IMG/VR virus record: IMGVR_UViG_3300036834_000231
Location: 32,283-96,282 of that record
Length of the DNA stretch: 64,000 bases
Source of the DNA: a virus
Strand: one strand, 5' to 3'
Part shown: piece by piece, positions 38,433 to 47,103 of the stretch
Layout of the letters: each line of letters begins with the position of its first letter
Position numbering within the stretch: the first letter of the stretch is position 1
Notes under the pieces: model-generated
Databases searched by the model: none
The model's input: only the letters and a program-made list of their open reading frames with translations
What the model was told of the DNA's origin: nothing
Program-made: the position numbers and the translations under genes

Positions 38433-38713
38433 TGAGACAAGATCCGCGCGAGCGGCTCCTCGCAAAATTCCGCAAGGCGCTCAATTTAGTGCGTACCCAG
38501 CCCGAGCAGTGCAAAGGCGACGCGGAGTTTGTGCGCGGGCTCGACGCCATGCTCGTCTGGGTCATCGAAGCGATCGAGGTCGACCAGCATAACGAGGTGG
38601 TCGATAGGGCGCTCTTTAGCCTTACCGGCAAAAGACTGGCGGAATTGGAAAAAGAGCTTCCCAAGGAGCCTGGAGCAACCGTTACCCACTTCTCTCTTGT
38701 TCCGAAGAAATGA
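38432..38713 (+). CDS. Hypothetical protein
   Basis: TAATG overlap with the upstream gene. Confidence 0.55.
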   Translation: MRQDPRERLLAKFRKALNLVRTQPEQCKGDAEFVRGLDAMLVWVIEAIEVDQHNEVVDRALFSLTGKRLAELEKELPKEPGATVTHFSLVPKK

Positions 38714-38845
38714 GAACGGCTCGCTGAAACGGCTACCGGTAAGCAAATAAGAATGGGGCGCCGAGGCAGGCTATTCCGATCACGAGCAGCAGCCACATGA
38801 TCACCAGCCCGGTTTTGCCGAGCAAGAGACGGATGTACCACGGGA

Positions 38846-39358
38846 TCATAAAGCACCCTGCGCTTCATACATTTCCAAGCTCGCGAACAGTTGAGCCGTC
38901 TCAATCGCACAATCCTCTGGGCGACCATCTGCGAAGATCCGCAACACGGAGACTTGCTCTGGCAATTCCGACCGGCGATGCATAACTGCTTTGCGCTCTG
39001 ACGGAAGGATCACCCAACACATCCGCGCTCCGCTCTCATGTAATCGTTCGCACTTCGCAATGAGCTGGCTGTACTTCTGCCCGGGAGAAGCAATTTCGAT
39101 CGCCAGAGTAATGTCCGCAGCCCTTAAGTCGCCGTCATAAAAAGGGCCGTCCATCGCGATAAGCGTAATGTCCGGAACGAGCCGATCCTCTCCGCAAAGC
39201 ACGTTTTGCTCAGGCAGAACCAGCGCCGGCATATTGCTAGCCCATTGCATCAAGAAGAAAATTAATCGTCCCTGAACAATGGCGTGCAGAGTCTTCGGCA
39301 CGGGCTTTTGGATCTCCTGATTATCAATTAGTTCGGTGTGATAGATTGCGGCGCTCAT
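38846..39358 (-). CDS. Uma2 family endonuclease
   Basis: YHTELID, VPDI, AIEIASPG; close paralog of 26892-27398. Confidence 0.85.
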   Translation of the reverse strand: MSAAIYHTELIDNQEIQKPVPKTLHAIVQGRLIFFLMQWASNMPALVLPEQNVLCGEDRLVPDITLIAMDGPFYDGDLRAADITLAIEIASPGQKYSQLIAKCERLHESGARMCWVILPSERKAVMHRRSELPEQVSVLRIFADGRPEDCAIETAQLFASLEMYEAQGAL

Positions 39359-39906
39359 GCGAAGATCTCCGCGAGTGGAATCCGTACTTCGGGCAGCGGA
39401 TGCGGTGTAGCGATGTCATCCTGGACTTCTTCGGCCGCGCGATCCGGGTAGATGAGGCGCACGCTTTGCTGGTCGTCGTCCACAATCCAGCACTCGTAGC
39501 ACCCTTCCCGCAGATAGGAGTGGGCCTTGCGCATGATCTCCGCTTCGGTATTGCCGGGCGACAAGACCTCAATTGCGAGCAAAGGCCGGTAGGCCAGCCG
39601 CTGCTTGGCGCCGCGCTTGGTTGCCGCCTCCCAATCCACTCGTCTGACGACCATCACGTCCGGCACGATTTCGCTGGGCCGGCCATCGAGCGGATTGGGC
39701 GTCTTCGTTAAGTACACCCCGACTTCGGCGCGCACCACATATTGCCGCCCGAGCGCCCGCAGCGCATCGACCAAGCGCTCGATGATTTCCCGGTGGCGAC
39801 TGCTCGCGCACGGGCTCACGAGCAGCTCTCCTGCGAGCAGCTCTTCAAAGCCACATTCCAGTTCCGGTCGCGCATAATATTCCTCCGTTGTCAGCAGTTC
39901 CGCCAT
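39355..39906 (-). CDS. Uma2 family endonuclease
   Basis: ELLAGEL, H, VPDV, AIEVLSPGN, YLREGCYECWIVD. Confidence 0.88.
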   Translation of the reverse strand: MAELLTTEEYYARPELECGFEELLAGELLVSPCASSRHREIIERLVDALRALGRQYVVRAEVGVYLTKTPNPLDGRPSEIVPDVMVVRRVDWEAATKRGAKQRLAYRPLLAIEVLSPGNTEAEIMRKAHSYLREGCYECWIVDDDQQSVRLIYPDRAAEEVQDDIATPHPLPEVRIPLAEIFA

Positions 39907-40325
39907 CAATTCACCTCCACGGCGGGCAAATCCGCCACGCACTTGTGCAGCAGCTCGGGAAAGTAGCCGGTTGACCACTCGACGCCGGCGGGCATCCGGC
40001 TCTCCATGTTCGCCGCCAGCCGTTCGAGCGCCGCTACCACGGTGGCCATATCGGAGCCGGCAGGCAGCATCTCGCCGCCCCGGATCTCGTACTCGCGCTC
40101 GCCCGGGTAATGGCTCGAAAACTCGTAGATCGCGTACACGATCGCCCGGCGGTCTGCGTGCTGGCGGACGAGAAAATGCCATTTGGCGGTCCGATTAGCC
40201 CGGTCTGGCACTTCCCCGCCGTCGTCCAGGCTATCTTTAGCCGACGCAATGATTGGCCAGTCCTCTTTGGTGATCCGCACGGGAGCTTGCCCCGTTAGGG
40301 TAATCGTTAGTTTGTCGGGTTCCAT
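39906..40325 (-). CDS. Hypothetical protein
   Basis: MEPDKLTITLTGQAPVRI...; coupled to the Uma2 gene. Confidence 0.6.
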   Translation of the reverse strand: MEPDKLTITLTGQAPVRITKEDWPIIASAKDSLDDGGEVPDRANRTAKWHFLVRQHADRRAIVYAIYEFSSHYPGEREYEIRGGEMLPAGSDMATVVAALERLAANMESRMPAGVEWSTGYFPELLHKCVADLPAVEVN

Positions 40326-40398
40326 TTTGTTTGTTCTTTCTGCGCCGTGATCCCGAGGCGCGACGGGTATATGTACAATCGACGTAACAAGAGCCTGC

Positions 40399-40842
40399 TC
40401 AGTGGCGAGTGGCCTGATTGATCGCCTGGCGTGTCGATGAGGCATCCCGTTCGGGCGCGTTCTTGGCCAACCCGGCTGCCAGCAGCGTGCGGACCGTGTC
40501 CATGCGGTTGCGGAAGCGGTGATGGAAGCGAAAATCCTCAACCTCCGCCATCATTTCCGGGTCGAACTGCACGCAGATCTGGACATGACCGTTTCGCAGA
40601 TCGGACGGCGCAACCTCTGGTGCCTTCTTGCGCTTCGCGTAGCCGTCCAAGCCGATGCGAATTAGGGCGCGGATCGCATCCATGCGGTTGCGGGCGCGCG
40701 TCGTAAAGCGGAACTCTTCGATCTCATCCAGAATCTTCGGACTCAGTTTCAAGCCGATCGTGGTCAGCGCGTAAATGCCCCTCGATTCGTAGTCCTTTTT
40801 GGCCGCCGCGAGATCGGCTGGGCGAATTAATTTAGGTGGCAT
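40399..40842 (-). CDS. Tandem ribbon-helix-helix regulator
   Basis: Two units of the form E(I/V)E(E/D)FRF..R.RNRMD..R.L...GL. Confidence 0.75.
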   Translation of the reverse strand: MPPKLIRPADLAAAKKDYESRGIYALTTIGLKLSPKILDEIEEFRFTTRARNRMDAIRALIRIGLDGYAKRKKAPEVAPSDLRNGHVQICVQFDPEMMAEVEDFRFHHRFRNRMDTVRTLLAAGLAKNAPERDASSTRQAINQATRH

Positions 40843-41059
40843 ATAACACAGTATGGCATATATATTGTTGTGTGATGTAACACAAGGAGGATAGTACAGG
40901 ATTGCTAGTACGGGATAAAATCAGGCAAGCGTGTTCCCGATTACGAAAGAACGCTTTGACGACATGTTTGCGGTGCTTAAAGCCGTGCAGCTTGAAGTGC
41001 ATGAACTCAGCGTCCAAACCCTCGCCATTCAACAGATATTGTTAAAAGGAGTAACCACT

Positions 41060-41329
41060 ATGGCAGCAGATTTAACCGCGCTGACCGCGCAGGTGGTCGA
41101 AAACACCCAGTTGGAAGGATCAGCCGTTCAACTGATCCAGAACATCGCCGCGCAAATGGCGGCGGCGAGAAACGACCCTATTGCGGTGCAAGCGCTGGTC
41201 GATAAATTACAGGCCTCGGCTACCGCGCTCTCCGCGGCCGTCATCGCCAACACCCCAGCCGCTCCAGTCTCGCCGCCCGCTACGATGCCGCCGCCCGTCA
41301 CGCCCACGCCGGTGGAGCCCGCCGTCTAA
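41060..41329 (+). CDS. Small helical phage protein (may start at 40931)
   Basis: AAAGGAG RBS; MAADLTALTAQV...AVIANTP. Confidence 0.65.
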   Translation: MAADLTALTAQVVENTQLEGSAVQLIQNIAAQMAAARNDPIAVQALVDKLQASATALSAAVIANTPAAPVSPPATMPPPVTPTPVEPAV

Positions 41330-41358
41330 GATCAGGGAGAGCCCGGCTCTCCCGTCCC

Positions 41359-41619
41359 CTATTTATCCAGCTTGGAGATGCGAGAGGCGTGATCCTGCAG
41401 GCGCGTTTCGTGATCGCCTACGATTCGCATGATATTGTCTTCCATGTGCTTCATCTGTTGGCTGAGCAGAGCGTATTTGTCATCGATGTGACGGTTTACG
41501 CCGATCTCGACCTTTCCTACAATGTCCCGGAGGTCCGTGATGCGTGAGTTGTTGTACATTACGGAACCCAAGGCTGCCAAGAAAACAATGCCGAGCGTGA
41601 TCATCTGAGCGTCTGTCAT
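41359..41619 (-). CDS. TM plus coiled-coil small protein
   Basis: ITLGIVFLAALGSVMYNNSRITDLR; leaderless -10. Confidence 0.7.
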   Translation of the reverse strand: MTDAQMITLGIVFLAALGSVMYNNSRITDLRDIVGKVEIGVNRHIDDKYALLSQQMKHMEDNIMRIVGDHETRLQDHASRISKLDK

Positions 41620-42760
41620 TGCATTCAGCATAGCGTATCACTGTGATATCGTTGCAAATCGGCAATGACGCCCATCTTCGCGATTCTCGATCATCCGCGC
41701 GATTACCCGCAGTTTTTCGTCGTTCGCCTATGGCTCAGTGATCGCCCGACGAACCTTGTTTCGCTGCATAAGACGCTCGAAGAGGCGCGCGCTTCGCTGC
41801 CCAAAGGCTTGACGCGCATGCCGCACATGGCCGACGAAGACCCGGTGATCATCGAGAGCTGGCTCGGGATATCTGAGTGATATCCTGCGGAGTTGGAATA
41901 CGACCCCGCCGTCTGTCATTGCGGACGTCCGTTGCATTATTCCGATCCCGGCATCCGAAACTACGTCATGCGGGTGATCGCCCTGAAAGGGCCGCACATG
42001 ATCATTTCGGACGGGCGCGGGCGACGCTGGCGGGTGCCGCGGCACTATTTAGCCCTCCATGGCGTCAAGGAACGGGAGCTTTCGGAGCTCGGCTTCGACG
42101 AAATACTAGAAAATCCTTCACTATAAAGGCGTGGTAGTGTATAACCTAAGTAAGTAAAGGACTTCCCTTGAAAACCGCCGTTCGGACCGCCTTTGGAACC
42201 GGCGCCAGGACTTCAGCGGATTGCGGCGATTGACCATGGATCGCCCGCTGCTCCGAGGGCTGCGCCCCGGAGACCCTTTTCTACCCCCTTCTCAATTTTC
42301 GTTTTCATGCGCATCCCGACTTACGCTACGGATGGCACGCGCCGTCGTGACTATTCGCTCGCTGCCGTCTTGCAGTTGGAGCAAACCGGCTCGATCACGG
42401 CCGAACGCAACGGCGGCGGCGAAATCGTAGCCGCCCGTTTTCAAACCCGCGAGCGCCCGCCGAACAGCACCTTGCGCTTCGGGACCTTTTATAGCTTCGA
42501 AGAGCCGGTAGGCAGCTATTGGGTGTGGACCCATCGCCATTTGCTTACCTGGCGTCAACTGGAGCAGATTCTCGGCGCGCCGGTCGACGATCCGGTGGCG
42601 GACGTGGACCAGTTCCTCGCCAGCGTGTTCCTGGCGGTGCCCTTGTCCTGCCGCTGCGCTTTCGAACATTCTCCGATGGTAGGCGCGGCCCAACGCGTCA
42701 GCCTCGGCCCCGCTAAATTCCGCGAACGCCGGCGCCAGGCGCGCCGCACCCTGAAACAAC

Positions 42761-43291
42761 ATGCCCAAAGACAGAAAAAATGACAATGACAATGAAATAG
42801 AGCCGTCCCAAATCCTGACCCCGGAACTCATCCCGCCGGCGCCACGTCTGGACAGGGGCGGGCGGCCGGCCGTCAAACTGGACCCTCGGCAAGTCGAGGC
42901 TTTGTGCCAGGTGCATGCGACCGACGAAGAGATCGCGGCGCATTTCAACATCTCGGAGCGAACGCTCTATCGCATGAAGCAAAAGCCGTTTTGGCGTAAA
43001 CTCTTCGACCGCGGCCGGGCGGACGGCAGAATTTCGCTACGGCGCGCGCAATGGCGCGAGGCCTTGCGCGGTTCGCCTTCCATGCTGATCTGGCTCGGCA
43101 AGCAGTTGCTCGGACAGAAGGAGCGCTACGACCATGCCAGCGCCTTACCGGGCATCGAAACCATGCGTCGGCTGCTCGACAATATGTCGGAAGCCGACCT
43201 CGAGCGCTTGAGCAAGGATTACGGCATGCAAAACGCCGTCATCAATATCGATCCGCAGCCGCCGCTGCCCTCTTCCCGGCAGATTCAATGA
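42761..43291 (+). CDS. Probable terminase small subunit
   Basis: GRP motif, HTH EEIAAHFNISERTLYR, SLRRAQW...MLIWLGKQLLGQ; upstream of TerL. Confidence 0.75.
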   Translation: MPKDRKNDNDNEIEPSQILTPELIPPAPRLDRGGRPAVKLDPRQVEALCQVHATDEEIAAHFNISERTLYRMKQKPFWRKLFDRGRADGRISLRRAQWREALRGSPSMLIWLGKQLLGQKERYDHASALPGIETMRRLLDNMSEADLERLSKDYGMQNAVINIDPQPPLPSSRQIQ

Positions 43292-43574
43292 GGTTTGGTT
43301 AGATGTGGGTCGAACGCAATTGCTACGGCAAAATGATTCGCGTGGTGGCCACAATCTTGGCGCGCCACCCGTACGGCCGGGGCAGGCATCACGTCGAGCT
43401 ACGTTTAGACTGCGGACACGTCATTCAAGTGGTAAAAAGCCGATTGAAATCGACCGATCCGAACAGGAAAGGCCGGGAAATCGACCGCATCTCCTGTCCG
43501 GTCTGCCTCACAGAGGAAACCTACCGGACCAAGCGTTGGCAGCGCGAAGACCCGTATTGGAACATCAAGAAGCG

Positions 43575-43802
43575 CTACCTCTGACCACGACGTGCGCCTT
43601 TATCGCCGCGTTTGTGCGTTTCTAATCCCAAGCGGATGAGCGAGCGGAGCGCCTCCATGCGCGTCGAAGCGCGGGTGGCAAAGCGGTAGTCCTCGATCGC
43701 TTGCAAGATCTCCTCGTCGAGCAGCAATGGAATTTGAACGGTTTGGATCTTATCCTCTTTGATGGGGCGGCCGCGTTTCCGAACAGCGGTTTTTGCTGGC
43801 AT
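43575..43802 (-). CDS. Ribbon-helix-helix regulator (homolog of 40399-40842)
   Basis: RGRP; AIEDYRFATRASTRMEALRSLIRLGL. Confidence 0.75.
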   Translation of the reverse strand: MPAKTAVRKRGRPIKEDKIQTVQIPLLLDEEILQAIEDYRFATRASTRMEALRSLIRLGLETHKRGDKGARRGQR

Positions 43803-43838
43803 ATATATATATACTAGCAATATAACATATATATTTTT

Positions 43839-46706
43839 ATGGCCGAACAGAGCGCCACGCTCATGCGCGCTTTGCTGGTCGAAGCGGGCGAGCGCCGCCA
43901 GCAGAAGAAACGCAAGGATGCGAAACGCGAGCTGGCTCATGCCAGTCTGCTTGATTTCATCGAGTACACCAAACCGGCTTATCGCGCCGGCTGGTTTCAT
44001 CGGCAGGTCTGCGCGATTCTCGAACGCTTCCTCGCCGACGTGCTCGCCGGAAAACGTCCGCGCATCATCATCACGGCGCCCCCGCAGCACGGCAAGCTGC
44101 TCGCAATGGAGACGCCCACCTTTACTCCCGGCGGGTGGAGAGCGCACGGAGATTTAAAACCGGGCGACTTCGTTTTCGGCCGCTACGGACAACCGGTCGA
44201 GGTGCTGGCCGTCAGCGAGCCCGACTGGGCTGATCGGGAAGTCGAGTTTACCGATGGCGGCGTTATTCATTGCCACGCAGCCCATGAATGGGTGGTGTTC
44301 GATCGAAGAGGTGGCGCTCTTGCCCGCACCTTAGAGACTCGCCAGCTAGAACGTGAGTGTTGCCGCTGGCAGGTCGATCCGAGCATCATACTTCCCCAGA
44401 AGGAAACCCGGCGGGGCATCGTGGATATCCGCCGATGTAAACCGCGAGAAGGGCGCTGCATCCAGGTCGAAGGCGGCGTGTATTTGGCGGGTGAGACGTT
44501 TATTCCCACGCATAACAGTGAGATGGTCTCGCGGCGCTTTCCCTGCTGGGCGATCGGGCGCCATCCGGGGTTGCGGTTTCTGTGCGGCAGCTACGGGGCG
44601 ACTTGGGCCGAGCAGCTTTCCGGGGACCGGCAGCGCATCCTCGACCTGCCGGAATACAAGGAGTTGTTTCCGAACTTCAAACTATCCAAGCGGCGCGCCG
44701 ATTACTTGGAGGTAGCTGGCGCGGACGGCTTCATGCTGGCCGCAGGCGTGGATTGCGGCATCTCGGGCCGGTCGAGCGACATCGGGCTCATCGACGATCC
44801 GGTGCGCGGCTATAAGGACGCGGTTTCCGAACTCACGCGCAACGCCATCTGGAACTGGTACAAGACAGACTTTTATTCCCGGCTGCAGAGCGGCGGCGGC
44901 GTGATTGTCATGATGTGCATGACCGGCGATACGCGGGTGCTGCGCTCGGATGGTAGCGAAACATTGTTGCGAGACATCCGGCCCGGTGATGGGGTTGCAA
45001 CATACCGAGATGGCGCGCTTTCCACGTCAAAAGTACTGAACTGGATCAATCATGGGCCTGATTCTGTGTATGAAATCAGGATGAGTTCCGGCATAACCGT
45101 CAAAGCGAACGAGCGGCATCCATTCCTGGTTCGCGTTGGCGAGGAACTGCAATGGCTGAGACTGAGAGGCTTACGCCCGGGCCAAGAAATCTGCCGGGTC
45201 AAAAGGGCAAGTGGAAGGGCAAGAAGTGTGCTTTCGAAGGCTGTGGCGAGCCAGTCGTATGCCGCAGCTATTGCAACTCGCACTACAACAGAAAGCGTTG
45301 GGCTGATGGAGTACGTCCACCCTCAATCAATCCCGCGTCCAGACGGGCAGCTCGCGTCAAGTACCGATACGGCATCAGTGCTGAAGAGTACGACCGAAAG
45401 TTCGCTGAACAGGCCGGATTGTGCGCGATCTGTCGGAAGCCACCGGGAAAAAACGTACGCGCGCATTGGGGCGGCAAGCTGTGCGTGGATCACTGCCACG
45501 ATACGGGCACCGTTCGCGCGCTTCTCTGCAACGACTGCAACCTCGCCGCCGGATACATTCAAACCGCCGACGCCGCAGAAGCTCTCGCAGCTTACCTCCG
45601 ACTTCACGCTGGACCGGATCGAGGAGATTCGAGCGGCGAAAAGTGAAGATGTCTTCGACATAGAGGTCGCGGAAACGGAGAACTTTATCGCCAGCGGTCT
45701 AGTCAGCCACAATACTCGCTGGCACATGGATGACCTGATCGGCCGGCTGCTCGACGAGGCGCGGGCGGGCAGCGGAGACCAATGGCAGGAGTACAATTTC
45801 CCCGCTTTCGCGGAAGAGGACGAGCCGAATCGCCGGCAGGGCGAGCCGCTCTCGCCCGAGCGCTATGACCAGCAGTCGCTTGAATCGATCAAAAGGGTGC
45901 AGGGCTCTTATGCCTGGAGCGCTCTTTATCAGGGTCGCCCGACCCCGGCCGAAGGACTGCTCCTGCGGCGCGATTACTGGCGTTATTGGAACGCGAACGA
46001 TTTGCCGCAGTTCGAGCTTATCGTCATCTCGCTCGATTGCACCTTCAAGGTTACGACTGACTCCGATCATGTCTCGCTGCTCGCAATCGGCTTCGTCGGC
46101 TCGCGTGGCTATCTGCTCGACCGCACTTGCGAACGCATGGGCTACGTTGCAACGAAAGCCGAGGCGCTGCGGCTCGCGCGCAAGCACAAGGCGCATGTGC
46201 TCTTGATCGAGGATGCGGCGAACGGACCGGCGGTATGCGAGGAATTGCGCCGCAACAGCGGACAGCTTACCGTGATTCCGCTGCCGACCGAGGGCGGGAA
46301 ACTGGCGCGCGCCTGGCCTTTTTCAGCGGACCTCGAAGCGGGCAACGTGCTGCTGCCCGAGGATCAGAACTGGTCGGGGGAAATCGTCGATTATGCCTCG
46401 AAGTTTCCCGCGACGCCGATGGATCACGACATCGACGCACTGACGCAGGCCTTCAACTGGCGGCGCGAAAACCTGCACGGCTTGTTTGCCTATTACGAAG
46501 CGGAGGCGAATCGCATTGTGAATCCCGATCAAAAAACCATGGTCAAGGTGGCGCTCGCGGAAGAGACGCCCGCTTGCCCGCAGTGCCAATCGTTCGCGGT
46601 GCGCTTGTTCGGTTCGACGTACCGCTGCAATCAATGCGGGGTCGAATGGCAGAAGCCGGGCGCGGAGCCCGAAGCGCCCACCACGCGGGCGCGCCAGCTT
46701 ACTTGA
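43839..46706 (+). CDS. terL: Terminase large subunit containing two inteins
   Basis: Walker A PPQHGK|S, Walker B LIDDP, MM|TRWH.DDL, ALYQGRP, nuclease SLD, IED.ANG, HDIDALTQ. Confidence 0.93.
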   Translation: MAEQSATLMRALLVEAGERRQQKKRKDAKRELAHASLLDFIEYTKPAYRAGWFHRQVCAILERFLADVLAGKRPRIIITAPPQHGKLLAMETPTFTPGGWRAHGDLKPGDFVFGRYGQPVEVLAVSEPDWADREVEFTDGGVIHCHAAHEWVVFDRRGGALARTLETRQLERECCRWQVDPSIILPQKETRRGIVDIRRCKPREGRCIQVEGGVYLAGETFIPTHNSEMVSRRFPCWAIGRHPGLRFLCGSYGATWAEQLSGDRQRILDLPEYKELFPNFKLSKRRADYLEVAGADGFMLAAGVDCGISGRSSDIGLIDDPVRGYKDAVSELTRNAIWNWYKTDFYSRLQSGGGVIVMMCMTGDTRVLRSDGSETLLRDIRPGDGVATYRDGALSTSKVLNWINHGPDSVYEIRMSSGITVKANERHPFLVRVGEELQWLRLRGLRPGQEICRVKRASGRARSVLSKAVASQSYAAAIATRTTTESVGLMEYVHPQSIPRPDGQLASSTDTASVLKSTTESSLNRPDCARSVGSHREKTYARIGAASCAWITATIRAPFARFSATTATSPPDTFKPPTPQKLSQLTSDFTLDRIEEIRAAKSEDVFDIEVAETENFIASGLVSHNTRWHMDDLIGRLLDEARAGSGDQWQEYNFPAFAEEDEPNRRQGEPLSPERYDQQSLESIKRVQGSYAWSALYQGRPTPAEGLLLRRDYWRYWNANDLPQFELIVISLDCTFKVTTDSDHVSLLAIGFVGSRGYLLDRTCERMGYVATKAEALRLARKHKAHVLLIEDAANGPAVCEELRRNSGQLTVIPLPTEGGKLARAWPFSADLEAGNVLLPEDQNWSGEIVDYASKFPATPMDHDIDALTQAFNWRRENLHGLFAYYEAEANRIVNPDQKTMVKVALAEETPACPQCQSFAVRLFGSTYRCNQCGVEWQKPGAEPEAPTTRARQLT
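44097..44516 (+). mobile_element. Class 3 mini-intein (140 aa) in the TerL P-loop
   Basis: Starts LLAMETP, block B HEW, block F RCIQV, ends PTHN|S; WCT triplet present. Confidence 0.8.
44916..45713 (+). mobile_element. Intein (266 aa) in TerL
   Basis: Starts CMTGDT, block B NERHPF, VFDIEVAETENFIASGLVSHN|T. Confidence 0.9.
45152..45646 (+). CDS. Endonuclease VII-type (HNH superfamily) homing endonuclease in an alternate frame inside intein 2
   Basis: YGISAEEY...QAGLCAIC...LCVDHCHDTGTVRALLCNDCN; GAGGA RBS at 45141. Confidence 0.88.
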   Translation: MAETERLTPGPRNLPGQKGKWKGKKCAFEGCGEPVVCRSYCNSHYNRKRWADGVRPPSINPASRRAARVKYRYGISAEEYDRKFAEQAGLCAICRKPPGKNVRAHWGGKLCVDHCHDTGTVRALLCNDCNLAAGYIQTADAAEALAAYLRLHAGPDRGDSSGEK

Positions 46707-47026
46707 TGGATATGCTGACAGCGATTTTCGTCCGGCATGAGCTCGGCCAAACGTGGCGCGCCGTGCGGATGCGCATCCACCTGGGAATGAAGCGGCTCGA
46801 TCGCCGCCTGGCGTCTTTGGAGCAAGCGGCGCATGCGTTTTTATTGCGCACCGCCGTCTATCGCTTCACCCGGGTTGATGTGAACGCAAAATGTCCCGCT
46901 TGCGGCCATCGCCTCGGTCGGATTGAGTTTGCCTCAGACCTGCGGTTGATCCGGCATGTCTGTCTCGTGTGCGCGGCGGCTTGGGGCGAGCGCCCGGTGG
47001 TCGATCCGACGTACTGGATCAAGTAA
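46706..47026 (+). CDS. Hypothetical zinc-ribbon protein
   Basis: TGATG overlap with terL; CPACG...CLVC. Confidence 0.55.
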   Translation: MDMLTAIFVRHELGQTWRAVRMRIHLGMKRLDRRLASLEQAAHAFLLRTAVYRFTRVDVNAKCPACGHRLGRIEFASDLRLIRHVCLVCAAAWGERPVVDPTYWIK

Positions 47027-47103
47027 AAAGCAAAGGGCCTCTTTCGAGGCCCTGCCAGACGAGATGAAACGCTAATACCGAAACGACTCCCAGTATACGC
47101 CAA

